This document shows positions 18,439-26,894 of a stretch of 34,288 nucleotides of DNA, piece after piece. Every line of letters starts with the position of its first letter. The stretch's first letter is position 1. Made by a program: the position numbers and the translations under genes. This stretch comes from a virus (lineage: Duplodnaviria; Caudoviricetes), in IMG/VR virus record IMGVR_UViG_3300032234_000434, positions 1-34,288 of that record, one strand, 5' to 3'. The notes below the pieces were generated by a model. That model searched no databases and was not told the DNA's origin. It worked only from the letters and a program-made list of their open reading frames with translations.

Positions 18439-18441
18439 CAA

Positions 18442-20079
18442 GTGATACTGCGACCAAGACAGTCTGAACTTGTAGACAGGGCAATCGACGCCCTCAAGAA
18501 AGAGAAGAACACGATTGCCATCGCCCCCACCGGGGCTGGCAAGACCGTGATGCTGTCTGCCGTCTGCGAGCGGTGGAAGAAGGTGCTCGTGCTGCAGCAC
18601 CGCGACGAACTCGTGGACCAGAACGCATCCACCTACCGGCGTGTGACCGGAGGAGACTTCACCATCTGCGACGCCCAGAACAAGACCTTCGGGGACGTCA
18701 CCTTCGCCATGGTGCAGACGCTGGCAAGGGATAACAACCTGGCCCTCATGCCCGGGTTCGACCTTCTCGTCATTGACGAGGCCCACCATGTGGCCGCAGA
18801 GTCTTACCAGAAAATCATCCGACGGGCCAAGGAACTGAACCCCAAGATGGCCGTGTTCGGTGTGACAGCCACCCCGGAGCGGGGCGACAGCAAGGGGCTG
18901 CAGGCCGTGTTCAACAACGTCTGCGACGCCATCACGCTGGGAGAACTCATCGCAGACGGACACCTCGTCAGACCACGCACCTTCGTCATCGACTGCGGGC
19001 TTGGCGAGTCCCTGTCCAAGGTCCGCCGGACAGCCAACGACTTCGACATGGGCGAGGTCGAGTCCATCATGAACAAGCAGGTGGTCAACGACGCCGTGTT
19101 CAGGGAGTGGAAGACCAAGGCGTCAGACCGTCAGACGGTAATCTTCTGCAGCACCATCGTGCACGCCGAGGATGTCTGCAACCACTTCACGGCAGCTGGC
19201 GTCGAAGCACGGGTCGTGCACGGCGAGATGTCTGAGCACGACAGACGTAAAACATTGTCTGACTTCGACAAGGGAAAGTTCAAGATAGTCGTCAACGTGG
19301 CCGTCCTCACCGAAGGCTGGGACTGCCAGCCTGTATCGTGCGTAATCCTGCTCAGACCGTGCAGCCATAAGAGCACGATGATACAGATGATTGGGCGTGG
19401 CCTACGCAAACTTGACCCGGAGCGGTACCCGGGCGTCAAGAAATCAGACTGTCTGATACTCGACTTCGGACACAGCATCCTGACGCACGGCGACATTGAC
19501 GCCGGTACACGCATCGAAGAACGCCAGAAAGCGGAGGCCACCCCGAAGGAATGTCCGGAGTGCGGTACCAAGCACCCGGCATGGCTGACGGAGTGCCCTG
19601 TCTGCGGATACGAATACGAAAAGGAAGGCAAAGCCCCTGGGAAGGAACGCGAGGCCCTGGAAACCTTCGGCATGACCGAAGTGGAAATCATCGAGGCAAG
19701 TCCCTTCCGATGGGTCCATCTGTGGGACGGTGCGGCGTCCGTCTGCTCGGCCATGTCTGCGTGGGCCGTAGTCGTCTGCACGAACAACGGGTTCGCCGCC
19801 CTCGGTGCCGTCGAGAAAGGAAAGGTCCGCGTCCTGTGCATGTCTGACGAACGCGTGGCGTGCATAGCGTCCGCAGACGACTACATGCGTCAGCATGGTG
19901 ACCGCGACGCGGCCCGTAAATCCAAGTCTTGGCTCAACCTACCGGCCACGGAGAAGCAACTCTCCATGCTCGGCCTCGGGCCGTTCCACCTCATGAACCG
20001 CTATGCCGCCGCCTGCAGGCTGACGTGGAAGTTCAACGAAGAACGTATTTGCAAAACCATTCACAACACCCAACACTAA
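18442..20079 (+). CDS. Superfamily 2 DEAH helicase (ResIII/RadD-YejH-like) with Zn ribbon, about 545 aa
   Basis: LRPRQ Q-motif, APTGAGKT, IDEAHH, TATP, LTEGWD, QMIGRGLR, CPECG...CPVCG; start placed at GTG 18442. Confidence 0.92.
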   Translation: MILRPRQSELVDRAIDALKKEKNTIAIAPTGAGKTVMLSAVCERWKKVLVLQHRDELVDQNASTYRRVTGGDFTICDAQNKTFGDVTFAMVQTLARDNNLALMPGFDLLVIDEAHHVAAESYQKIIRRAKELNPKMAVFGVTATPERGDSKGLQAVFNNVCDAITLGELIADGHLVRPRTFVIDCGLGESLSKVRRTANDFDMGEVESIMNKQVVNDAVFREWKTKASDRQTVIFCSTIVHAEDVCNHFTAAGVEARVVHGEMSEHDRRKTLSDFDKGKFKIVVNVAVLTEGWDCQPVSCVILLRPCSHKSTMIQMIGRGLRKLDPERYPGVKKSDCLILDFGHSILTHGDIDAGTRIEERQKAEATPKECPECGTKHPAWLTECPVCGYEYEKEGKAPGKEREALETFGMTEVEIIEASPFRWVHLWDGAASVCSAMSAWAVVVCTNNGFAALGAVEKGKVRVLCMSDERVACIASADDYMRQHGDRDAARKSKSWLNLPATEKQLSMLGLGPFHLMNRYAAACRLTWKFNEERICKTIHNTQH

Positions 20080-20086
20080 CCAAGTC

Positions 20087-20287
20087 ATGACCCATCCCAA
20101 AAAGAACACCGACAACAAGTGGAGCAAGGACGATGAGGAAAAATACATCGACGAAGTCCACGACGCCGCATCTCAAATCGTCGCACACAAGGAGGAGTTC
20201 GGCGGATACATCGCCATCTCCGCCGACACGCTCGTGATGCTCATCGAGAGCCATCGCACGCTGAAGCAAATCAGGACCAACAACTGA
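20087..20287 (+). CDS. Hypothetical protein, 66 aa
   Basis: In-operon ORF with host-like codon bias; TGATG overlap with the next gene. Confidence 0.6.
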   Translation: MTHPKKNTDNKWSKDDEEKYIDEVHDAASQIVAHKEEFGGYIAISADTLVMLIESHRTLKQIRTNN

Positions 20288-21072
20288 TGAGCAACCTGTT
20301 CTCACCGGAGAAGCCAAAGCCTCCGGGCGTATCCGAACGCATCACCGAACTGATGGATGCCGCGTGCGTGTCACGCAACAAGTCGCAGGCACCTCGCAAG
20401 TATCTCGGTGCGTCCCGCTGGGGCCATCATTGTGAGCGTGCACTCGGCTACGAGTATCACCAACTTCCGAAGGACGAGGGCTCCGACTTCAAGGGCAAGA
20501 CCATCCGCATCTTCGACATGGGCCACGACGGCGAAGACCGCATGGCCGAGTACCTCAAGGCCGCTGGCTTCCTGCTGGTCACGCACAACCCGGAGGGCAA
20601 GCAGTTCGGCTTCGAGGCCGCAGGAGGACGCCTCAAGGGGCACCTCGACGGCATCATCCATGGAGGCCCCGACGTCGAAGGCATCAAGTGGCCAGCCCTG
20701 TGGGAGAACAAGGCCCTCGGCTCCAAGTCCTTCAAGGACGTCGTATCAAAGGGCATCAAGGAGTCCAAGTTCGTCTACTGGGCACAGGCTCAGACGTACA
20801 TGGCCCACCTCAATCTCGAGTTCTGTCTGTTCACCTGCCTCAACCGCGACACCGGCGAAGTCTACGCCGAGGTCATCCGCCTCGACACCTACGCCGCACA
20901 GCAACTCATCGACAAGGCTGTCCGCATCATCTCCTCTCAGACGCCCGAGGAACTCACCAAGTTCTCACAGGACCCAGCCAACTTCGGCTGCAAGTTCTGC
21001 GACTACGCCACCCGGTGCCACAAATCTCCCAAGCCCACAACCAACGACAACATCCCATCATGGCTAAAGTAA
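20287..21072 (+). CDS. Cas4-like PD-(D/E)XK exonuclease, 261 aa
   Basis: GHHCER, GHLDGI, ENK, QAQTY, CKFCDYATRC: 1+3 Cys Fe-S arrangement. Confidence 0.85.
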   Translation: MSNLFSPEKPKPPGVSERITELMDAACVSRNKSQAPRKYLGASRWGHHCERALGYEYHQLPKDEGSDFKGKTIRIFDMGHDGEDRMAEYLKAAGFLLVTHNPEGKQFGFEAAGGRLKGHLDGIIHGGPDVEGIKWPALWENKALGSKSFKDVVSKGIKESKFVYWAQAQTYMAHLNLEFCLFTCLNRDTGEVYAEVIRLDTYAAQQLIDKAVRIISSQTPEELTKFSQDPANFGCKFCDYATRCHKSPKPTTNDNIPSWLK

Positions 21073-21344
21073 AGAAACCCAAGAAGAAGGCCGATAGTCT
21101 CGGTCCGGACTTCGAGGGCATGCTCATCGCAGACGGCTTCGACAAGGCGGTCCTCGGCTTCACGGCCCACCAGCCCGGCCGCATGCCGCTCGTGGTCTAT
21201 GACTACGAACTCTGCATCAAGGTCCTCATGGACCGCGACGACATGGACTACCGTGAGGCGGTTGAATACATGGAGTTCAATGTCACCGGGTCTTGGTTCG
21301 GCGAGCCCACCCCCATCTTCCTCCACAAGAAGAACGTCAAGTAA
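21060..21344 (+). CDS. Conserved-type phage hypothetical protein, 94 aa
   Basis: ATG 21060; ADGFDKAVLG...VVYDY...EAVEYMEFNVTG..GEPTPIF pattern recalled from environmental phages. Confidence 0.7.
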   Translation: MAKVKKPKKKADSLGPDFEGMLIADGFDKAVLGFTAHQPGRMPLVVYDYELCIKVLMDRDDMDYREAVEYMEFNVTGSWFGEPTPIFLHKKNVK

Positions 21345-23629
21345 TGACCCCCCATTTCCAATCGGTCAGCGACCACCTCGGTCTGCTGTTCAGGACACCC
21401 TTCGCCGCAGGCGAATGGCTATGTCTGCGTGGCATCGGCGAGAAGGGCACGGAGCGTGAGGGCGTGTTCGCCGAGAACATCCTCATCCAGCCCGCCGTCG
21501 ATTGTCCGAGCAACCTCGCACAGGTCGTGTATCAGCACGTCCTGCGGTGGAACTCCCACGGCATCGGTGCGTTCGTCGTCCCGGCCGTGCTGTCCCAGCC
21601 GGAGGCCACCTCCTCGAACGTCATCCGCTTCGACACCGTCTGTTGCGACATTGATAGCGGCAACCCTTGGGGTGCCGTGGACTACATCCGCAAGGCAGGC
21701 ATGGAGCCGACCATGGTGGTCGCATCCGGCGGTCAGACGGAGCAGGGCAAGGACAAGTTGCACGTCTACTTCGGCCTGTCCAGACGCCCCGGTGAAACCG
21801 CCGAGGTGGTCAACATCCGTGACGAACTCGCCGCCAAGGTAGGAGGCGACCCTCAGTTCGGCAAGGGCGTCGAGTCCAACCCCTACGGTCGGGCTCACCA
21901 GCCCATCCGTCTGGCCGGTTCGGTCCACGGCAAGAACGGCAAGATGACCCTCGTTGAAATCCGCGAGCACAACATCGACTACGGCTACCACCCGGAGCAT
22001 GTGTCTGACGTAGTCAGACAGATGGCACCGATGCCCGGCCAGGCGATGGAACGCAAGAAGGGGCCCTCTGCGGAAACGCAGCAGGGCGAGTTTCGGGCTC
22101 TGAACCTAAGCGAAGAAGTCCGTGAAGGCGGCGACGGAGACATGACCAGATGGTCGCAGTTCTCCCGGGTCGCAGGCATGTTCATCACCTCCGTCAGACG
22201 AGGCGAACTCACCGAGCAGGAGGCACTCGAGCGGACCATCGGATGGATGGACGCCAAGATGCTCCCGCCTTGGCCGCTTCCACGGGCCATCAAGGAGTTC
22301 AACGCCATCCTGCGTAAGGACCTGCACTCCCACGGCCCCATGCCGGAGCCCGAGAAGCCCATCGTCCCGGACGAAGGACAGGGCCTGCTGGCATGGGCGG
22401 CACACCGCTGGAGCCACGGCACCCCACCTAAGCGTAAGTTCCTCGTCGATAAGGTAGTCCTCGCAGGCAAGCACCAGATGCTCGTCGCCGAAGGCGGTGC
22501 CGGTAAGACCTTCCTCATGCTGGACCTCGCACTCAAGGTCGCTGCGACCCAAGCCTGCGGCCCTCAGACATGGTGTGGCCACAAGGTGCTGCAAGGTGGC
22601 ACCGCGGTCATCATCACCACCGAGGACGACCAAGAGGAACTGCACATCCGCCTGACGGAAATCGACCCGGACGGCATGCGGTTCGCCGCCGCAGACAACC
22701 TTGTCATCCTGCCCCTCATCAACTCCGGCGGCTCGTTCGCCCTCGTGGACAAGGACCCCAAGACGCAGGAGTCCCGCCCGTCGAAAAAGTGGATGGAGCT
22801 CATGGGCCACCTCAGACAGCTGAAGGACCTGCGTCTGGTGGTCGTGGACACCCTCAACTCCGTCATGCACGGAGAGGAGAACTCGGCCACGGTCATCAAC
22901 GAGTTCATCCGTGTCGCCTCGCAGGTCTGCGGGGAACTCGGCTCGGCCCTCATCATCACCCACCACGTCCGCAAGCAGGGCGACGAACCCATCCGCAACA
23001 CGGAGGACATGAAGTCCGCCGTCCGTGGCTCGTCCGCGTTGCCCGCAGCGTTCCGTTCCGTCATCGGCATCTGGCATGCGTCTGACTACGAGCGTCGCAT
23101 GACGGCCATGAAACTCAGCCCCAAGCGTGGGATGCTGTGGAAGTTGGCCATCATCAAGGCGAACAACCCGGAGATGCTGGACAGCGAACTGACCCTGCTG
23201 AGGCAGCCGTCCGGCCTGCTGACGGACGTGACCAAGGACGACCTGTTCAACTCCATCAACATGGGCGAGCGTGAGGCTTGGCTCATCTTCGCCATCCGGC
23301 ACGCCGCCGAGCGAGGCCACCCCTACTCCATCGAAGGCAAGAACGCCAAGTCAGGCGTGTATCGCCGACGCTCGGAACTCCCGCTGGTGCTCAGACAGAC
23401 GGGTGCCCATGAGTTCGAGTCGCTCGTCAGCAGGCTCATGATGAAGGAAGTGGTCGTAGCCTGTGCGGCCAAGGGAACCAAGGACAAGAAGTGGCTCGAC
23501 ATTCCGACCGGCAACTATGCCACGGACTCGGACGGTGCCGAACTCTCGTCCGGTGCCTACCTCGACGTCCCGAATTGGGATAACTTCTCCTACGACAATA
23601 ACACCAAACGCATCATCCAGACCAAATGA
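21344..23629 (+). CDS. AEP (RepB'-like) primase fused to AAA_25/RepA-like SF4 helicase, about 761 aa
   Basis: CCDID, SGG...KLHVYF, PIRLAGS in the N-terminal part; AEGGAGKT, VVVDTL, THHVRK, RGSSAL in the C-terminal part; TAATG overlap at 21342-21346. Confidence 0.88.
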   Translation: MTPHFQSVSDHLGLLFRTPFAAGEWLCLRGIGEKGTEREGVFAENILIQPAVDCPSNLAQVVYQHVLRWNSHGIGAFVVPAVLSQPEATSSNVIRFDTVCCDIDSGNPWGAVDYIRKAGMEPTMVVASGGQTEQGKDKLHVYFGLSRRPGETAEVVNIRDELAAKVGGDPQFGKGVESNPYGRAHQPIRLAGSVHGKNGKMTLVEIREHNIDYGYHPEHVSDVVRQMAPMPGQAMERKKGPSAETQQGEFRALNLSEEVREGGDGDMTRWSQFSRVAGMFITSVRRGELTEQEALERTIGWMDAKMLPPWPLPRAIKEFNAILRKDLHSHGPMPEPEKPIVPDEGQGLLAWAAHRWSHGTPPKRKFLVDKVVLAGKHQMLVAEGGAGKTFLMLDLALKVAATQACGPQTWCGHKVLQGGTAVIITTEDDQEELHIRLTEIDPDGMRFAAADNLVILPLINSGGSFALVDKDPKTQESRPSKKWMELMGHLRQLKDLRLVVVDTLNSVMHGEENSATVINEFIRVASQVCGELGSALIITHHVRKQGDEPIRNTEDMKSAVRGSSALPAAFRSVIGIWHASDYERRMTAMKLSPKRGMLWKLAIIKANNPEMLDSELTLLRQPSGLLTDVTKDDLFNSINMGEREAWLIFAIRHAAERGHPYSIEGKNAKSGVYRRRSELPLVLRQTGAHEFESLVSRLMMKEVVVACAAKGTKDKKWLDIPTGNYATDSDGAELSSGAYLDVPNWDNFSYDNNTKRIIQTK

Positions 23630-23853
23630 GGAACAAGACCAGACAGTCTGCGGCGTATGAACGCATGACGGACGACCAGAAGCACAACATGCTGCGGACG
23701 CTCTACGAGTCCGCCCTACGCACCGGCTCTATCCGGGCCATCGAGGACAGACACCGCATCGGACGCAACCGCATCTACCGCTGGTGCAAGAAGAACGGGC
23801 TCCCCGTTCCCAAACCCCAGATGGGACCCAAGCGTCCTCGCTCCGATGGCTGA
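23626..23853 (+). CDS. Small basic HTH-like protein, 75 aa
   Basis: SIRAIEDRHRIGRNRIYRW resembles a helix-turn-helix; ATGA overlap. Confidence 0.55.
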   Translation: MRNKTRQSAAYERMTDDQKHNMLRTLYESALRTGSIRAIEDRHRIGRNRIYRWCKKNGLPVPKPQMGPKRPRSDG

Positions 23854-24046
23854 CGAGGATTGGACGGTGCCTAAGAAATTGGGCACGGATTACACGGACC
23901 CTTATCAGCGTGACCATGACAAGATTACGGTCACACGCGGTCACATCATGTGGCTCATAAGGGAGTCGGTCCGTCTGTCCAGACAAGTGCAGGTCGTCGA
24001 ACTCGAGAACATCGAACTCAAGAAGAAACTTAACCCAGACCAATGA
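23846..24046 (+). CDS. Hypothetical protein with C-terminal coiled coil, 66 aa
   Basis: In-operon overlapping ORF. Confidence 0.55.
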   Translation: MADEDWTVPKKLGTDYTDPYQRDHDKITVTRGHIMWLIRESVRLSRQVQVVELENIELKKKLNPDQ

Positions 24047-24462
24047 ACCCAGACCAATACACCAACGACAGCGAACTCATCGAACTCCGGCTCCAACTCC
24101 ACCACGAGAAGTGCCGGGCAGACAACCTGTGGGAGGTCGTCAAGTTCGAGCGTGCCGAACGCAAACGCCTCGAGGGCGAGGTCGAGAACCTGAAGAAACC
24201 CGCCGTCATCGGAGGATACAACATCTCCGAATACATCCGCATGGCCAACTCTGAGACGCTTGAGTTCGACAACGGAGACATGTTCGCAGACATGACGCTA
24301 CCAGAGCGTATCAAATACATCGTTGAGTCCCACGCCCGCCTCAAGACCGAGGTCGAGCGGCTGACCAAGGCGGGGGATGCGATGGCTAAACTCCTTTCCT
24401 GCTGCGGCAACCCGCAGAGTGAAGTCCGTGGATGGCACGCCGCCAAGGGGGTGCAGTCGTGA
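24043..24462 (+). CDS. Hypothetical coiled-coil protein, 139 aa
   Basis: ATGA overlap; repeated LxxEVExL segments. Confidence 0.65.
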   Translation: MNPDQYTNDSELIELRLQLHHEKCRADNLWEVVKFERAERKRLEGEVENLKKPAVIGGYNISEYIRMANSETLEFDNGDMFADMTLPERIKYIVESHARLKTEVERLTKAGDAMAKLLSCCGNPQSEVRGWHAAKGVQS

Positions 24463-24656
24463 TACACGAGTTCCGCAACCCCATGCCGGTCGAGACGCCT
24501 ATCGGCTACGGCATGTTGGTCTATGTCCGTGACGGCGGCACGTTCTCCAACGACGTGTTCGCCATCGTGCTGGACAAGGACGGCGTGCTCAGGCACTTCA
24601 CCTCGGACCAATTCAAGTTCGTCCGCAACGACACCTTCGGGGTGAGGTCCGAATGA
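24459..24656 (+). CDS. Hypothetical small beta-rich phage protein, 65 aa
   Basis: GTG 24459 overlaps the previous TGA; MIHEFRNPMPVETPIGYG... Confidence 0.65.
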   Translation: MIHEFRNPMPVETPIGYGMLVYVRDGGTFSNDVFAIVLDKDGVLRHFTSDQFKFVRNDTFGVRSE

Positions 24657-25069
24657 TTGCCGCGTTGCTGCTGGCCGTGGCCATGCCGTCCGAGAAGATG
24701 GTGACCGCCGTGGCCGTGACCGAGTCCCGCATGGACCATGCCGCCGTCGGAGACGGAGGCCGGGCCATCTCGGCGTGGCAAATCTGGCCGTCCGCCTGGG
24801 AGGACGCCAACCGGTTCAGGTCCCTGAATGGGCTCAGACCGATACCTCGGACAGCCGACCCGCAGCTGGCCAGACAGCTGGCGAGCTGGCTGCTGGCTTT
24901 GCACATGGACCGTCTGAGGAAGGCCGGGATACCATACCCGTCGCCGCAGCAGGTCTATCTGTCGTATGCCATGGGCTTCGACGGCTTCCGTCGGATAGGG
25001 TTCAACCCAAGCAGAGCACCGGCCCATAAACAAAGGGCGTTGGTGAGGTTGAAAGAAAGTTTGAAATAA
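24653..25069 (+). CDS. Lysozyme-like (transglycosylase/destabilase-type) protein with N-terminal hydrophobic segment, 138 aa
   Basis: AVAVTES (catalytic Glu-Ser)...AVGDGGRAISAWQI...W; hydrophobic MIAALLLAVA N-terminus. Confidence 0.7.
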   Translation: MIAALLLAVAMPSEKMVTAVAVTESRMDHAAVGDGGRAISAWQIWPSAWEDANRFRSLNGLRPIPRTADPQLARQLASWLLALHMDRLRKAGIPYPSPQQVYLSYAMGFDGFRRIGFNPSRAPAHKQRALVRLKESLK

Positions 25070-25087
25070 CCGCTTGACAGTCTGGAA

Positions 25088-25125
25088 TGATTTAATTACG
25101 TTACGTACGTAACGTAATTAAATCA
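25088..25125. repeat. Perfect 38-bp AT-rich palindrome
   Basis: TGATTTAATTACGTTACGTACGTAACGTAATTAAATCA equals its own reverse complement. Confidence 0.97.
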
Positions 25126-25178
25126 CTTTTGGTGTTAATAGTGTTTCTGTCTGAGCCGGTTGTCTGACAGACATCTCA

Positions 25179-25516
25179 GACACTAAGTCTTGCGTAGATT
25201 ATTAAAGTTTTGTATCCCGACACTAAGTCGTTCACAGACGAGGACGTTGGGCGTGTCCTTGTGAATGACTCTGAGGACGCCAGACACGCAAGTGGTTGTA
25301 TTACAACAACTTGTCTGCGTCCTGTGAATAGCGTCCTCAAACGGTTTTTGGAAATCTGTAAGTCGTTGATTTCACGCTACTTAATTTTGAGGACGCGAGT
25401 CCTAATAATAGAATGGTGTCCTCATGGGCACACCCATGCTTCGCAGGTGTGCCACCAGACACTACATCCTATGTAGCGAACCCCGACACTAAGTCTTGCT
25501 TTTCCGACACTAAGTC
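25179..25516. repeat. Repeat-rich non-coding control locus: 4x GACACTAAGTC plus about 8 AGGAC-core repeats
   Basis: GACACTAAGTC at 25179, 25219, 25485, 25506; TGAGGACGC at 25272 and 25388, inverted at 25331; related copies at 25239, 25253, 25317, 25397, 25416. Confidence 0.85.
25359..25371. promoter_or_regulatory. IHF consensus-like binding site
   Basis: TAAGTCGTTGATT matches YAANNNNTTGATW (reverse complement of WATCAANNNNTTR); a related site lies at 25289-25313. Confidence 0.55.
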
Positions 25517-25530
25517 TTTCGTATGTCCCC

Positions 25531-26172
25531 GTGCAAAACGCAGCCGCAAACGCAGACGCCGGTCAGACCGGCAGACAGCCAGACATCCGCAGACATCCGG
25601 GCATCACGGTCATCGCCGTCGGCACGCCCAGACCGCAACCCAGACCGAGGTTCGCTGCTGGCCGGGTCATCAGCACAGCAGACAAGAACGCTCGTCTGTG
25701 GATTTCGTCGGTCGAGCGAGCCTGCAAGCAGGCACTCGAAATCACGGGAGGCAAGCAAGCCCTGCCCGGTCTGCTCGGGACAGACGCCCTGTCTGTCAAG
25801 ATGCAGTTCCGCTTCTCGTTCCAGAAGGTCGCAGGCCGGAAGCCGAAGCGTGGCAGACAGACAGGGTCGCCCCATGTCTCCAGACCTGACACGGACAACC
25901 TCGCCAAACTCATCCTCGATTGTCTGACCAGACAGGGCGTCATCGCAGACGACTGCCTCGTCTCGTCGCTCACCGTGGACAAGGTCTGGTCCGACCTCGA
26001 GCACGCCGGAGTCACCGTCTGGGTCCAGCCCTACGAGCCTGCGTTCCAGCCCTCTGGCTGGACCGAGAGGCAGGGCTACCCCTGCGACCCGAGCCCGGAG
26101 CCTCCCGCATGGCTGAACGAGGCTCTGAGGGCCAGCGAGCAGGCCAAAAAAAAGGGCCAGCCCGGAGGCTGA
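25531..26172 (+). CDS. rusA: RusA-like Holliday junction resolvase
   Basis: GTPRPQPRPRF, SRPDTDNLAKLILDCL, VIADD; start position uncertain. Confidence 0.85.
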   Translation: MQNAAANADAGQTGRQPDIRRHPGITVIAVGTPRPQPRPRFAAGRVISTADKNARLWISSVERACKQALEITGGKQALPGLLGTDALSVKMQFRFSFQKVAGRKPKRGRQTGSPHVSRPDTDNLAKLILDCLTRQGVIADDCLVSSLTVDKVWSDLEHAGVTVWVQPYEPAFQPSGWTERQGYPCDPSPEPPAWLNEALRASEQAKKKGQPGG

Positions 26173-26178
26173 CCCTTT
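26146..26178 (-). terminator. Intrinsic terminator for the leftward arm, possibly bidirectional
   Basis: Minus strand GGGTCAGCC-TCCG-GGCTGGCCC-T8 at the convergence of rusA and the leftward operon. Confidence 0.8.
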
Positions 26179-26190
26179 GAACGACCACGC

Positions 26191-26295
26191 TCAGAGGCGT
26201 GGCATGATTGCCTTGCTTAGGCAGGCCGACAGCACCAGCCCCAACAGGATGGCGTTGAGCAGGACGAAGAAGGCGTAGACCCAGACGCCCTTCAT
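26191..26295 (-). CDS. Small hydrophobic membrane peptide, 34 aa
   Basis: MKGVWVYAFFVLLNAILLGLVLSACLSKAIMPRL; ATGA overlap with the upstream stop. Confidence 0.55.
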   Translation of the reverse strand: MKGVWVYAFFVLLNAILLGLVLSACLSKAIMPRL

Positions 26296-26894
26296 GTCTG
26301 GGCCCCGCCCTTGCCAGCGTCCTCCTCCGTGATGAGCATGACCTCGGGCTCGATGGCCTCGAACAGGTCCTTGCTGACGCCCATGCCCGGCTTGCACGAA
26401 CGGCGTGCACCCCAGACGACCTTGTCCGAAGTGTTGGCCACAGACAAGGCGTGCGGCGTCATCGACCTCGGCTTGATGGTCGGCAGTTGCCACCACAGAC
26501 GCTTGAGCAGTTCGAGGACGGCGTCCTTGGCCTCCGGCGTCTGGCATCCGTCCGCAGTCCGAACATCCACGCAGACCATGAAGCGGACCTGCGTGCACAG
26601 ATACTTCCGGGAGCCGTGACCCTTGCGGTTGGACAGGAAGTTCGGCAGGACCCAGACAGACAGGATTTCCAGACGGTCACCGTCAACGCGGTCCCTGATG
26701 ACGAGGTTGTCCGGGTCCGTGACTTCGTCCTCGAACGCCTCCAACTGCTCGTCCGGGAACAGGAGGATGGGCTTGCTTTGCTTGGCCGAAGCCCAGACGC
26801 AGACGGACAGCGTCTGCTCAGCCTTGCCCTCCTTGAGTTTGCGGACCCGGGACTCCTTGTCCGGCGGGTTGGTCGCCTCTTGTCCGTCGCTCAC
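26292..26894 (-). CDS. Hypothetical protein, 200 aa
   Basis: GTG 26894 overlaps the upstream TGA (GTGA); globular composition. Confidence 0.65.
   Translation of the reverse strand: MSDGQEATNPPDKESRVRKLKEGKAEQTLSVCVWASAKQSKPILLFPDEQLEAFEDEVTDPDNLVIRDRVDGDRLEILSVWVLPNFLSNRKGHGSRKYLCTQVRFMVCVDVRTADGCQTPEAKDAVLELLKRLWWQLPTIKPRSMTPHALSVANTSDKVVWGARRSCKPGMGVSKDLFEAIEPEVMLITEEDAGKGGAQT

Noticed and set aside
18271-18441. tRNA or other known RNA gene in the intergenic gaps
   Set aside because: No cloverleaf with T-loop GTTCRA and matching acceptor stem found here or in other gaps
20287-21072. Cas4-like gene as evidence of a CRISPR-Cas system
   Set aside because: No repeat-spacer array, cas1 or cas2 seen; solo Cas4-like nucleases are normal in phage recombination modules
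25179-25516. GACACTAAGTC repeats as a mini-CRISPR array
   Set aside because: Repeats are only 11 bp and spacing is irregular (40, 266 and 21 bp)
25210-25530. ORFs 25210-25476 and 25413-25889 with repeated PDTKS peptides
   Set aside because: The peptide repeats are a by-product of the DNA repeats; atypical composition, and the second ORF overlaps rusA out of frame
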